64,000 nt of DNA, taken from the IMG/VR virus record IMGVR_UViG_3300029305_007758. One strand, 5' to 3'. Position numbers and translations under genes: made by a program. Origin of the DNA: a virus (lineage: Duplodnaviria; Heunggongvirae; Uroviricota; Caudoviricetes). How positions within the stretch are numbered: the stretch's first letter is position 1; each line of letters starts with the position of its first letter. Under the pieces are notes generated by a model, which saw only the letters and a program-made list of their open reading frames with translations, made no database searches and was not told the origin of the DNA. Below are positions 37,797 through 48,118 of this stretch, piece after piece.

Positions 37797-38522
37797 TTAA
37801 AACATGCGTTTTGGTTTCAAAGGTTTTTCAAACACTCTTTGCACTTCACCAATGATAGTTGTTTTTAATGAAATGATACGATATACACGTTTCTTAAATT
37901 CATCTCTATCAACTACTCTGTCATCAATGAATCCGGAACAATCAACCCATGTTCCCTCTGTATATTGTTTTGCCAATGTTTTTGCATTACCATTGCAACG
38001 AATTCCAATTGGAGTAATACTCTTGTAAGTTTCTGTAAGTTTCTTAATTTCTGAGTCTTCATTTGGATTTGGACGACTCTTTTCTGCTGCAGTTAATACA
38101 TTCATTAAAATGTAATTATCAGACATTGCTACAGCTGATGTAATTTTACCACGAATATTGACACGATTATGATCTGGAATCATTTTACCACGTACAAATT
38201 TAGGTCCCATTGATAATCCCCAAATTTCAACATAACTGGTACCATTGTAATGATCACGAATTGTTTGTGCAACAGCATTTACTGTTACAAAATCACCTTC
38301 GACAAAACGTTCTTTGTACTTTCTTGCAGCCTCATCAAAGAAAATTACTGCAATAAGGTCACGTTCAATTTTGCCATTTTTATCTTTTCGTTGTTTCTTT
38401 CCATGACCACAGGAAAGCATAAAACGAACTTCATTTTTCTTTGTAGATTCAATTCGAATAATTTTACCACAAAGATGCACACTATTATGTGCTACAAACA
38501 TACTTTTGTCGACGTTTGCCAT
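37797..38522 (-). CDS. hypothetical protein
   Basis: AAGAGGA RBS 9 nt before the trimmed start. Motif B at 38577..38588. Confidence 0.55.
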   Translation of the reverse strand: MANVDKSMFVAHNSVHLCGKIIRIESTKKNEVRFMLSCGHGKKQRKDKNGKIERDLIAVIFFDEAARKYKERFVEGDFVTVNAVAQTIRDHYNGTSYVEIWGLSMGPKFVRGKMIPDHNRVNIRGKITSAVAMSDNYILMNVLTAAEKSRPNPNEDSEIKKLTETYKSITPIGIRCNGNAKTLAKQYTEGTWVDCSGFIDDRVVDRDEFKKRVYRIISLKTTIIGEVQRVFEKPLKPKRMF

Positions 38523-38632
38523 AGTTTCATATCCTCTTGCTTTCATAATATTATGGAATAATAATCATCCCATATTATAAATATGGTTACAATTTTTACA
38601 AAGCAAAAGAAAAAGACAGACACAATGTCTGC

Positions 38633-39745
38633 CTAATTCCAATCAAATCCATCTTTTTTATTTCCGTCATCAGTTTTAATATCTGGCCGTTTTCTGATAC
38701 GTTCCAAAAATTGTTCATAAGATTTACGTTCCAAAAGTTCTATTTCATTTAAATCTCTCCAAGTATATGTTACATTATTATTTGTATCAATAGTAATCGT
38801 AAGTATTTTATCTTCTTCTTTTGTTTCCATTGCTTTTGCATAAGCTAATAAAACATTACTTCTTACAACGCTGTCAAATGTTCGGCATCCAAAATTACTG
38901 TTTGCAACTTTAAGTAACTCATCAGTCATACCCTCTGTTAATATAATATCACAGTTGAAGTTACGTTCAATTTCTGTAACAGTTTTTTTGATAATCCGTC
39001 TGATACTAACTTCTGTCAGTTTTCCATAATTTATAATTACTGGGAATCGACCTAATAATTCATATGTACCGCCACTTTCAATCATTGCTTCACGGTCAAC
39101 CGGTGTAAAATGTTCTATTGTTTCTTTATTATTTTCTGTTACAAACCCTAATGTTTTTGATACACTCTCTCGTTTCTTTCTAAAATCATCAAATGATCCA
39201 AGTCCAATAAACATGATATTTGATGTATCCACAACTCCACCAGTTCTACTGTTTAATATTGTGCCTTCCACAATTGTCAACATATTTGACTGAGCCTCTG
39301 CATTTGTATCAAATCCATTGCTATTAAAAGATGGCATCAATTTTTTATCAAATTCATCTAAAAAACAAATACCGATTGCGTCTTCCATATCCATATTAAA
39401 AAATGGAGCACAAATTTCATATGGTTCTGCACCTTTGTACCCAGATGCTGTAAGTAATGATGTGTCAAATGCATAAATTGGCATATCCGGAATTTTATCT
39501 TCAAAATAATCTCGAAGTGCACGATATGTTTCTGTTTTCCCTGATCCAGAAGGTGCGGCTAACAACATATTATTGTTAACCGGTCTTTGTGCAACAATAT
39601 TAATCAAATAATTATAAACATTTGCTACAACAATTTTTAAGTCCGGTTGTCCAATAATTCGTTTTTCCATTGCTGCTAAAAAATCTGTATACTTTGTACT
39701 CATGAGCCAGTTTTCAATCTGTGCTCTAACTTGTTCTGCTCTCAT
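38633..39745 (-). CDS. ClpX/HslU-like AAA+ unfoldase ATPase (no N-terminal zinc finger)
   Basis: Walker A AAPSGSGKTE. DTSLLTASGYKG, compare ClpX D.T.LTEAGYVG. Walker B ICFLDEFDK. Confidence 0.7.
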   Translation of the reverse strand: MRAEQVRAQIENWLMSTKYTDFLAAMEKRIIGQPDLKIVVANVYNYLINIVAQRPVNNNMLLAAPSGSGKTETYRALRDYFEDKIPDMPIYAFDTSLLTASGYKGAEPYEICAPFFNMDMEDAIGICFLDEFDKKLMPSFNSNGFDTNAEAQSNMLTIVEGTILNSRTGGVVDTSNIMFIGLGSFDDFRKKRESVSKTLGFVTENNKETIEHFTPVDREAMIESGGTYELLGRFPVIINYGKLTEVSIRRIIKKTVTEIERNFNCDIILTEGMTDELLKVANSNFGCRTFDSVVRSNVLLAYAKAMETKEEDKILTITIDTNNNVTYTWRDLNEIELLERKSYEQFLERIRKRPDIKTDDGNKKDGFDWN

Positions 39746-39810
39746 AAAATTCTGTCCTTTTACATATTTGTTTTAAATTGATAGTTACGGCCTAATGACC
39801 GTAACTATTA

Positions 39811-41139
39811 TTAATCTTCTTTTGGCAAAACATGTTCACTTTGATTACTTGTATCAGAAATGGATGTAATACTGTCAATGATTGTTAAAATGTCGTCATC
39901 ATCTTGCGACTTTGAAAATGTGAGACTACGATTTCGAAGCAATTTATCTTTTCTTTCTTCCGGCTCTGTTCCAGATATCTTTCTTAAAACTGCATTTTTA
40001 AGTTTCTGACCTGCGGAAAACTGTAATCGTCTCACCTCAATTGCATCAATATCTAATTGTTTTGCAACTTCATTTGGATTACATTTTTTATCCAAATCAA
40101 TAATCTCATGGTCATCAATTAATATTTTAAATCCATTAGATAATTCATACACTTTCTGTTCAATTTCTGTTAAACAACGAAAGGCTTCGATTAATTCTTC
40201 TACACGTTCTTGTGACATAATACGCTCTTCCGGCGTTTCAAATCGACTTTGTTTACGTTTGTTTGTAGCACTATTTTCATCATCAATTCGAGTCATTGTA
40301 TTTTCTGCTAAAATTCGAGCTGATGATAATTTAATCTGTTCCGGAGTTAATTCTTCTCCATGACGTTTGCAATAATTTGAAATCATATGAACTGTAGGTT
40401 TAAGTCCTTGTTCCAATAATGCTGTTTGCGCTTTACTTACAATGCGGTCAACTCTCATCGTAGTTTTAGATGCTCTAAAATTCTTCTTTGCTTCAAAATT
40501 ACTGATAGCGTCCTGAATTCTGGTTCGATAATAAGTTGTTAATTCTGCCTTGTTATAATCGTATTTGTCAATATCGTTCCAAATATATACCCAACAATAA
40601 GACATTGCATCTTGTATATCCTCATGCATTTTTGCAATATTTACATAATGATGCGCATGTTTTTTATAAAACTGTTCCACTTTTACTCGCACGAAGTTTC
40701 TAAAAAACATATAAAATGCTTCTTTTGTTCGATTCATGGCTTCTTCTGATGCACTTTTTTCGTAATTCTGAATTGCATCAATAATAAAATGTTGAGCCTC
40801 TAATACATGTTTTTTTGCAAAGAATTCTGCATATTTAATTGCTTCAATTTGTGTTTTTTCTGTCGCAATTCCATAGTATAAATCTTCTGCAATACTAAGA
40901 TCAAAATCACCTGTATATTCGGTCGTTTTTTGTTCTCTTACTTCATCGTTCGTAAATAAAGAATATTCGTTATCATCAAATTCTTCATAATCAACAAAAT
41001 CATCATCTTCCTCTTCGTCAAATAATTCATCTGTTGTATCAAACGTTTCGTCATATTCTTCATCACCAGGGCCATAATCAAACGCCCCAACATCATCAAT
41101 GTCATCATATAAATCGTCTTCTACATACTTTGTTCCCAT
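39811..41139 (-). CDS. divergent sigma-70-family-like factor with acidic N-terminus (tentative)
   Basis: Region-2-like EDIQDAMSYCWVYIWNDIDKYD...TYYRTRIQDAI. Region-4-like HTH NEVAKQLDIDAIEVRRLQFSAGQKLK. Confidence 0.4.
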   Translation of the reverse strand: MGTKYVEDDLYDDIDDVGAFDYGPGDEEYDETFDTTDELFDEEEDDDFVDYEEFDDNEYSLFTNDEVREQKTTEYTGDFDLSIAEDLYYGIATEKTQIEAIKYAEFFAKKHVLEAQHFIIDAIQNYEKSASEEAMNRTKEAFYMFFRNFVRVKVEQFYKKHAHHYVNIAKMHEDIQDAMSYCWVYIWNDIDKYDYNKAELTTYYRTRIQDAISNFEAKKNFRASKTTMRVDRIVSKAQTALLEQGLKPTVHMISNYCKRHGEELTPEQIKLSSARILAENTMTRIDDENSATNKRKQSRFETPEERIMSQERVEELIEAFRCLTEIEQKVYELSNGFKILIDDHEIIDLDKKCNPNEVAKQLDIDAIEVRRLQFSAGQKLKNAVLRKISGTEPEERKDKLLRNRSLTFSKSQDDDDILTIIDSITSISDTSNQSEHVLPKED

Positions 41140-41157
41140 TATATTTCCTCCAATTAA

Positions 41158-41487
41158 TTATTCTTCCTTATTATCGTAAACAAAACATCGTACCGGATAA
41201 TTTTGTTTCATTTGTTTTGAAATAATTACTATTGCTTCATTAATATCTGAAACATTTGTGAGTTTTGTATCAGATATTCTATTTACGTAATTAATAACTG
41301 CAGACTCACTGTCCCAGTTTTTACTTGCTAACGCTTTTTCAAGTGCCAACAACCATTCAACACTGATTCCGTTTCCCATAAATGCTCCTAAAAATACATA
41401 TAAACAAAATGCTACATATATATTAGGATTATTTTTATAAGAAACGAAGTGATTTTTACAGCAAAATAAGAATGACATTTCTGCCAC
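41158..41487 (-). CDS. hypothetical protein
   Basis: 109 aa. Confidence 0.45.
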   Translation of the reverse strand: MAEMSFLFCCKNHFVSYKNNPNIYVAFCLYVFLGAFMGNGISVEWLLALEKALASKNWDSESAVINYVNRISDTKLTNVSDINEAIVIISKQMKQNYPVRCFVYDNKEE

Positions 41488-41489
41488 TC

Positions 41490-41867
41490 TTATTCATTGT
41501 TCCAAATATTTACTGTTTCTTCATCCTTTGTATTTTCTACTACAACTTCTGCCGCAAAGATAACCATGTTTGTATATTTGCTTCCTTTTACTACTACTCC
41601 TGTAGAACCAAGAGATCCTTTTACGGTAATATAGTCACCTGGATTAATCTGCGACGTATCTACAAATTTTGTAGGTGTTTTTGCATTTTTAGTAAACACA
41701 TTTATGTCAAAATCAAGAATTGGATTATAATCACCGTTTTGATTTTTACCTGTGTTTAAATATGCACTGATACAAATCATTTTATCCGAAACTTTTCGAA
41801 CGGCCTTACGTTTTTCTGTATCATTTGATACACGAAGCGTAAGTGTAACTTCATTCTGTCTATTCAT
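41490..41867 (-). CDS. single-stranded DNA-binding protein-like (OB fold)
   Basis: DFDINVFTKNAK...GDYITVKGSL...MVIFAAEVVV follows the SSB pattern (DF..C..W...AE....KG..V.V.G.L). Confidence 0.45.
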   Translation of the reverse strand: MNRQNEVTLTLRVSNDTEKRKAVRKVSDKMICISAYLNTGKNQNGDYNPILDFDINVFTKNAKTPTKFVDTSQINPGDYITVKGSLGSTGVVVKGSKYTNMVIFAAEVVVENTKDEETVNIWNNE

Positions 41868-41884
41868 TGTCTTTGTCTCCTGTT

Positions 41885-42601
41885 TTATTTTTCTATATAC
41901 ACCAATACATCATTTTCTACACAATATACATGTTCATTATTCACAACGATTTCAACTGTGTTATAAACGCTTAAATCTGTTACAGAAAATGCTATAAATA
42001 CTTCTTCTGCGGCAATAGAAGCTTCATCAAGTGTTGCATGTGGATTAATTCCCACACTGATATATAAGTTGTTGTCTTTTACGAGCACAGAACCACTATC
42101 TGTCTGATATTTGTTTGGTAAATACTGATACATATTTTTTGTTTCGACTGATTGTATTACGTCAGATTCTGTAAATGTTACCGTCATTCCGTTTACTAAA
42201 ATTTGACCTAATTCCTGCGTTACAATACCAAATTCATTTACCTCTCCATATATTGCTACCTTACCAATATCAGAACCCGGGTAATAAATACCTGTTCCAT
42301 CTCCCAACAAAATTGTGGTATACTGTTTATCAGAATATCCATTTAAAATTGGTGATATTGTTTCAATAAACTTATGTGCGTCAATATTTGTTAACTGTGT
42401 TTTTTCAATAGTTACAATTGCATACGAATTAATTGTATTCACATCTGTTTCGTACATCGTTGATGTATCAGTATTATGAATCCAACCATTTTCATCTTTG
42501 TAGCCTTCAAAATTAAAATTCTTTGCAGCGATAGATACTACAAGTAAAAGAATACAAAGACTCGCGATCACACCAATAATAATTTTGGTCGACTTTTCCA
42601 T
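41885..42601 (-). CDS. membrane-anchored protein (N-terminal TM, extracytoplasmic domain)
   Basis: TM segment IIIGVIASLCILLLVVSIA. Confidence 0.55.
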   Translation of the reverse strand: MEKSTKIIIGVIASLCILLLVVSIAAKNFNFEGYKDENGWIHNTDTSTMYETDVNTINSYAIVTIEKTQLTNIDAHKFIETISPILNGYSDKQYTTILLGDGTGIYYPGSDIGKVAIYGEVNEFGIVTQELGQILVNGMTVTFTESDVIQSVETKNMYQYLPNKYQTDSGSVLVKDNNLYISVGINPHATLDEASIAAEEVFIAFSVTDLSVYNTVEIVVNNEHVYCVENDVLVYIEK

Positions 42602-42625
42602 ATGATGTTTTTACTCCTGTTTTAA

Positions 42626-42778
42626 TTATTTTGCCAAAACATAATCTTTTGCAACGATATATAAATCAACTGCAATTACTGCTGAAAAAAATAAAGTAAC
42701 AACTACATTTGCAAACATAGCTTCTGGTGTTCCAGCAATAACTGTATAATTTCTCATTTCAACTAATGCGTTTAACAT
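42626..42778 (-). CDS. small hydrophobic protein (50 aa)
   Basis: Hand-translated MLNALVEMRNYTVIAGTPEAMFANVVVTLFFSAVIAVDLYIVAKDYVLAK. Strong GAAAGGAGA RBS. Motif A at 42838..42868. Confidence 0.45.
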   Translation of the reverse strand: MLNALVEMRNYTVIAGTPEAMFANVVVTLFFSAVIAVDLYIVAKDYVLAK

Positions 42779-42837
42779 TTTTATTCTCCTTTCTGATGTG
42801 ACATTTTTTTTGATTCGTCACTTTTATCTTCTCGTAG

Positions 42838-42868
42838 TATAATAGGTTCACGAAAAATCAAAACGTAG
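42838..42868 (-). promoter_or_regulatory. motif-A promoter-like element (minus orientation)
   Basis: Reverse complement reads ctacgtttt gatttttcgt gaacctattat. Confidence 0.55.
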
Positions 42869-42938
42869 TAAAAGTTTTAAAATTAGCATATCGCACAAAT
42901 TTGTACATTCTATATTATTGATATTGTACAAATCATTA

Positions 42939-42985
42939 AAAAAAAAAGACCTGCACGGCGCATAGCTCGTACAGATCTTTTCTTA
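42939..42985 (-). terminator. bidirectional-type terminator hairpin
   Basis: aaaaaaaaaa gacctgcacg..cgtacagatc ttttctt. Confidence 0.5.
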
Positions 42986-42992
42986 TTACACT

Positions 42993-43325
42993 TTAAAAGT
43001 CCCAAAGCATATTGGATTCTGGTGTATCAGATGCTAATATTTTGCTAACATTTCTTTTCGAAAAATATAAGCATGTGGGAATCATCCATACCAAATTTAC
43101 AAAAAATGCATCAATGTATAAAAAGATACATTCATATGGTTGGTATGATCTGCCTGCCAATGCAGCTCCGGCTTGAGCATTTGGGAATAAAATCATTGTT
43201 ATAATAAGTGCAACGATACTTGTTCCTAAAATGATCATTTTTGCAGTTCTCGTTCTTTTCTGATACACATTTTTTTTGTACCAACGTGATGTTAAAACAT
43301 CACTTTCAAAACACTGTTTCGGCAT
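42993..43325 (-). CDS. membrane protein
   Basis: Two TM. Motif B at about 43362. Confidence 0.5.
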   Translation of the reverse strand: MPKQCFESDVLTSRWYKKNVYQKRTRTAKMIILGTSIVALIITMILFPNAQAGAALAGRSYQPYECIFLYIDAFFVNLVWMIPTCLYFSKRNVSKILASDTPESNMLWDF

Positions 43326-43441
43326 TGGTTTCCTCCTTTATATGTGGTTTGTGTATATAAATATGGTACATAGCATTTACATCAAATTTGTAAAAAAAAT
43401 AGGCACATGCTTTTTCAATGTACCTATTTATATATTCGTTT

Positions 43442-43732
43442 TTATTCGGCTACAAGATCTTCGTAACGAACTTCTTCGTTTTTCTTAATATTGCGTTTTA
43501 CAATAATATCACCACAATTAATACTGGTACGACCAAGACTTGTTTTATATGTTTTTGTAGCACGCGGCATTGTTGGAATAACTTCAACCACAATGTGATG
43601 TCTGTAAATTTCACGAACTACACATTTCTTGAAACGATCTTGTTTTGAACTTTTTGAGGATTCACAGAAATACACTGTATCACCTACATTTAATTCGTGC
43701 GCTAATAAACCATCTACTTTTTTTTCACCCAT
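43442..43732 (-). CDS. hypothetical basic protein
   Basis: Motif A at 43784..43814. Confidence 0.5.
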   Translation of the reverse strand: MGEKKVDGLLAHELNVGDTVYFCESSKSSKQDRFKKCVVREIYRHHIVVEVIPTMPRATKTYKTSLGRTSINCGDIIVKRNIKKNEEVRYEDLVAE

Positions 43733-43902
43733 TTTATTTATCTCCTATTCAAATTCGTGACATATGCAATTTTTGCACTTGTAGTTAATAGGCTCATTTC
43801 GAAACAAAACGTAGTAAAAAGTTTATCTTTTGTGAATCAAAATTTACTGTAAAACGAAGAAAGCGTAACGAAAAATCGCTACGCTTTGTTTTTGTCCGTT
43901 AA

Positions 43903-44577
43903 TTATTCTTCATCGAATAATGCTCCGCCTGTTCCGCCTTCCATTTCACGAAGAATATCCGCTGTTATTTCAGCTTCAGTTTCTTCATCAATGTCTATTT
44001 TCATAAACTGAACATTATTCATATGGAACATCATATGCATACAAACATTTAATCCTGCATCATCTAATGTTCTAAAATATGATACTGGGAACGAAATTTG
44101 CATTAAACCTTTGCCATTTAATGCTTTTGGCATAAATGCTAATGTAAACACTGCCATTCTATCATTTGCATCCGGATTTGAAGCAATATCATCTTGCATC
44201 AAACGATAACGGTCTAACAATCGTTTCAATTCCTGTAAATATGCATTTCTGTCCGAATTAAATGTAAATACAGCATTTACTAATTCTCCATCCATTGTGT
44301 ACAAATCAACGGAACAATCTTCAATCTGCATATCATCAACGATATTCTTGTTTTCTTCCGGAACATCCATTAGTGTCATATCACTTGTAATATCTTTATA
44401 CAATTCCAAAGATACTATCATATAACATGGACAATAACCATCTTTGTCTACAGAATTAATTAATCCCAAAATAGTATCCTGATCAAATTCTTCAATTGTT
44501 TCTTCTGCTACCGCTTCTACTTTTTCCGGTACCGGTACTGATTCCAAACTAATTGTATTTTCATCAAATTGTGCCAT
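43903..44577 (-). CDS. hypothetical acidic protein
   Basis: 224 aa. Confidence 0.55.
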   Translation of the reverse strand: MAQFDENTISLESVPVPEKVEAVAEETIEEFDQDTILGLINSVDKDGYCPCYMIVSLELYKDITSDMTLMDVPEENKNIVDDMQIEDCSVDLYTMDGELVNAVFTFNSDRNAYLQELKRLLDRYRLMQDDIASNPDANDRMAVFTLAFMPKALNGKGLMQISFPVSYFRTLDDAGLNVCMHMMFHMNNVQFMKIDIDEETEAEITADILREMEGGTGGALFDEE

Positions 44578-44592
44578 AATATGTTTCCTTTC

Positions 44593-45498
44593 TTACATTA
44601 ATTCTTGTTCACTCAATAATTTTTCGTAATCATCTACACTTAAAATTGATTCATCTTTTTCCGGCCATTCAACGTCTCTTTCAAATAAACGAGAATTACC
44701 AAGCATTTCAACTTCATGTGGTTCTGCAACGATTGTTCCTTTGTCAGATAAAACGGCTATTACCTTTTTATGGTTATAAACAATATAATTTGGATTATGT
44801 GTGATTTCTAAACTTCTTTCGTTCAAATGATATTTTAAAGCCACATAATTAAATGATAATTGTTCATAGTTCTGTCGTTTATTAGCATCAACATATTTAC
44901 CATTACTTTTTGTAATTTCAGGATATTTCTCCCACATAGCTTGAAAGTCAGCAAGAGTTTCTGGATCCAAAATCTTTGATTCAATTGTATTATTTAGCGC
45001 ACTTGCTGGCTCACTCATTGTTTTATATGCTCTTTCTAAACGATTAGCGCTGTAAATATCACACACTGCAACCATCTGCGTTAATTCATCAACTTTTGAA
45101 GAATCTAAATGATGTGTTAATGCTACAAGCTGAATTAGTTCGTCGCAATTTCTTAACACACTTAATGCTTTATCAGAATGTTGTGTTATTAAATCACGTT
45201 CAGCCATTGTTAATTTACCAGGTTTATTGATAATTTCATATGGAACTTCTAATTTCCCAGCATCATGTAACAATGCTGCAACAGAACCCATAATTATATC
45301 TTCTTTTGCATAATGTCTATATTCCATAAGTTGTTTTGTGAGCATTGCGACATGAACACTATGTAAAAAAGTATTTATATCATATTGTCTAATAGAATCA
45401 ATTACTTTTCGTTCTTCTTTTGATAACGACAATCGATTAACAAATTGCATAGCATCGGATATTGTTATTACTTCTGAATTCATGTTAACACTCACCAC
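44593..45498 (-). CDS. HD-domain phosphohydrolase, HD-GYP-like (GYP portion degenerate)
   Basis: HSVHVA...LLHDAGKLEVPYEIINKPGKLT..E..I.QH matches HD-GYP (LHDIGK..iP..IL.KPGkLt.eE...m..H). A THHLDSS segment replaces the HHE..DGSGYP motif. Confidence 0.55.
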   Translation of the reverse strand: MVSVNMNSEVITISDAMQFVNRLSLSKEERKVIDSIRQYDINTFLHSVHVAMLTKQLMEYRHYAKEDIIMGSVAALLHDAGKLEVPYEIINKPGKLTMAERDLITQHSDKALSVLRNCDELIQLVALTHHLDSSKVDELTQMVAVCDIYSANRLERAYKTMSEPASALNNTIESKILDPETLADFQAMWEKYPEITKSNGKYVDANKRQNYEQLSFNYVALKYHLNERSLEITHNPNYIVYNHKKVIAVLSDKGTIVAEPHEVEMLGNSRLFERDVEWPEKDESILSVDDYEKLLSEQELM

Positions 45499-45559
45499 CT
45501 TTTACAGAATCTTTTTATCTGTATAAATATGGTTCGTAAGTTTGCAAAGTTAAAATATG

Positions 45560-46030
45560 CTACATAAAATTCTTACAACCCCAGTTTGAACCACACATTG
45601 CATAACCATATGTTAAACAAATACCATTTTGATACTGTTTACAACTTCTACACACTTTTACATACGGCTCAATTTGTTTTGTCATATAAAACAAGATATA
45701 ATCTGAAACAGTTAAAAATCCGTATCGTTTATAATGATCATTGATACGCTCTAAATCACTTTCTTCTTTGATTTTAATGTTTGTTTCAAGTTCAATATGT
45801 GTCACAACTTCCAGACTTACATCTCTATCTAAAAAGTCTATAAATTGTTCATTATCTGTTTTAACTACAAACAACGATGATGCGGGTTGTTTTTGATACA
45901 TTGATTTTGTTGCAGCTTTTGCTGATACTTTTTTGTAAAGGTCAACATATGATACAGGAATAACTGCTACAATAACTCCTGTTTTTGATTTAATTTCATA
46001 CAAGTCTCTGTTTTTATCCATAATCTTCAC
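45560..46030 (-). CDS. hypothetical protein with C-terminal Cys cluster
   Basis: CRSCKQ..C...C..C. Motif A at 46062..46091. Confidence 0.5.
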   Translation of the reverse strand: MKIMDKNRDLYEIKSKTGVIVAVIPVSYVDLYKKVSAKAATKSMYQKQPASSLFVVKTDNEQFIDFLDRDVSLEVVTHIELETNIKIKEESDLERINDHYKRYGFLTVSDYILFYMTKQIEPYVKVCRSCKQYQNGICLTYGYAMCGSNWGCKNFM

Positions 46031-46139
46031 CTCATTTTTAACAAAGATTTATTTGATACATATAATAGGTTCATAGTCTATCAAAACGTAGTAAAAAAAA
46101 ATCGTCCGCTATTTGCTAACGAACGATTTTTGTTACGAT

Positions 46140-46973
46140 TTAATTCTCTGCCCAACTATCACCGGTTGCATAATCAATCACAATACCCGGAGCAACATTG
46201 TGACAATAAACATTAAAACAAACACCAGCGCCATCATCTTCTACGCTATAAGCTTCCATCAAAACACCTCTTGCAACAAGTTCATTGTTAACAAATATAG
46301 GCGTTACACGATATAATACATGATTATCTGGGTTATCTTTAAGATAATACAAAACTGTTTCTTCAAACTGCCACATACCTTCAATATTCATGTAACGGGT
46401 CCCCGTAATTAAATTGCATTCGTTTGCATTTTCTCCTGCCAAAGAATATGCAATCAGATGACATCTGTTGTAAAGCCAATCCTGATCCACTAAACCTTCA
46501 TATTTTTTCTGTTCCCAACCACTTGGGTATACAGAACTAATGTCTCCACGATCTTCTGTTGGCATTAATTCGGTGCAAAGATTTGCGTATGCAGTTTGAC
46601 ATCGTCCCAAATAATCTAACGGCATATAAAATTCAAACTTTTCTGTACATTCTCTTTCCGTATATGTAAAATATGGAACATTATTATTCATGTAAGAATA
46701 TGCGTCACCGGTATATTCTGGAATCTGAATATTAGTAAGTTCATATTTTTCGTATCCTACCACAGATTCATCAAACATCATTAAGATATCTGTTTCTGAT
46801 ACAATATCTTTTATGGTATCTGTAACAACTGTTACATTTTCGGGTGTTACAAGTTTTCCATCCGGAATTAATGTTTCAATAATATCTGAAACCACATTTT
46901 CATTTGCAAATAAACCTGTAATAACTATAATTATTGCAAGCCATTTGATAGCGCGTTTGATTTTTCTAATCAT
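46140..46973 (-). CDS. membrane-anchored DNA/RNA non-specific endonuclease (EndA/NucA family)-like
   Basis: N-terminal TM. NRCHLIAYSLAGENANECNLITGTRYMN resembles the (D/N)RGHLIA...N active-site region. Confidence 0.5.
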   Translation of the reverse strand: MIRKIKRAIKWLAIIIVITGLFANENVVSDIIETLIPDGKLVTPENVTVVTDTIKDIVSETDILMMFDESVVGYEKYELTNIQIPEYTGDAYSYMNNNVPYFTYTERECTEKFEFYMPLDYLGRCQTAYANLCTELMPTEDRGDISSVYPSGWEQKKYEGLVDQDWLYNRCHLIAYSLAGENANECNLITGTRYMNIEGMWQFEETVLYYLKDNPDNHVLYRVTPIFVNNELVARGVLMEAYSVEDDGAGVCFNVYCHNVAPGIVIDYATGDSWAEN

Positions 46974-47048
46974 ATGTACATCTCCTTTTAACTATTATTT
47001 TGTTATATAGTTAAATATGGGATGCCATTAAAGCAGTTAGCAAATGTG

Positions 47049-47264
47049 TTATTTTTTATCTTTTCTATATACGACCAGATTCCATGGATGAACATCTAAA
47101 ACATTAGCAATTTTATCTAATGACTTTAAATCCGGTAAATGTACTCCTCGTTCCCATTTTGAAATATTTCCAGATGATATACCTGCACGTTTGGCAACTT
47201 CTCGACCTGTTAATCCTTTTTCTTCTCGTATACGTTTCCCAACATATTTAATCATTTCAATCAT
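47049..47264 (-). CDS. XRE-family helix-turn-helix transcriptional regulator
   Basis: LTGREVAKRAGISSGNISKWERGVHLPDLKSL. Motif A at 47303..47333. Confidence 0.75.
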   Translation of the reverse strand: MIEMIKYVGKRIREEKGLTGREVAKRAGISSGNISKWERGVHLPDLKSLDKIANVLDVHPWNLVVYRKDKK

Positions 47265-47302
47265 TCCTTACAAAATTAAATATAGTTTTTTTTTGTAACA
47301 AA

Positions 47303-47333
47303 AATATAAGGTTCAATTTGTGTTAAAACGAAG
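47303..47333 (-). promoter_or_regulatory. motif-A promoter-like element upstream of the XRE regulator
   Basis: Reverse complement reads cttcgtttt aacacaaatt gaaccttatat. Confidence 0.55.
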
Positions 47334-47377
47334 AAAAAAAAGATGCTACAGATTTCTCTGTAACATCTCTTTGTTGT

Positions 47378-48118
47378 TTATAATTTTGGCTCAAATATTG
47401 CTCTTGGCTTCAATTTAAATTTGTTATCATGATGACGTTTCATAATTGCTTGTTTAACTCTTATATCGCTACATAATCCGGTGCGAATAAAACGATCTAA
47501 GTCTTTATAACTGAATCCAAAGTTGTCTTCATCTGTTTTACCACAAAGACCATCGGACGGAGTTTTGTCGACCAAATAATCTGGCAATCCTAAGTAATGT
47601 CCGATTGCAATTACCTCTGTCGCAGTTAATCCGCCAAGTGGAGCAAAATCACCTTCACCATCTCCGCCAATTGTAAAATATCCAATATAATCTTCGGATA
47701 AATTACATGTGTTTACCATGCGACCATTTTCACATTGGCAAATGGCGCGAATTACTTTGGTACGTTCACGTGGTGGCAAGTTTTCTCGGGCCTGTTTTGT
47801 GATTTCGATGCCGCATTTTTCAAGCTCACGATAAGTAGCTTCTACACCGTCTTTAATGTTTACAGTGTAATTTTTGATACCTAAGTATTCGCAAACAGCA
47901 ATTGAGTCTGCAATATCTGCCTGTTCGCCATTTGGCAACATTACACCGATGACTCGTTCTTTTCCTAATGCACGAACGCATAATGCTGCTGCAATGGTGG
48001 AGTCTTTGCCACCCGAGATGCCTAACGCAGCATTGCAATCTGACCCATTTTTCTTGAACCATGCCTGGATCCAACTAACCAGATCATTTGTTGTTTGTTC
48101 TACGTTGAAATTGTACAT
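47378..48118 (-). CDS. nadE: NH3-dependent NAD+ synthetase
   Basis: PP-loop LGISGGKDSTIAAALC (SGGxDS). Size and overall layout fit NadE. Start trimmed to MYNF, which has a GAGGAAG RBS. Confidence 0.85.
   Translation of the reverse strand: MYNFNVEQTTNDLVSWIQAWFKKNGSDCNAALGISGGKDSTIAAALCVRALGKERVIGVMLPNGEQADIADSIAVCEYLGIKNYTVNIKDGVEATYRELEKCGIEITKQARENLPPRERTKVIRAICQCENGRMVNTCNLSEDYIGYFTIGGDGEGDFAPLGGLTATEVIAIGHYLGLPDYLVDKTPSDGLCGKTDEDNFGFSYKDLDRFIRTGLCSDIRVKQAIMKRHHDNKFKLKPRAIFEPKL

Noticed and set aside
38633-39745. RecA/Sak4-type recombinase assignment for the P-loop protein
   Set aside because: The motif arrangement (GSGKT ... LTASGYKG ... FLDEFDK) matches ClpX/HslU unfoldases rather than RecA-like loops L1/L2.
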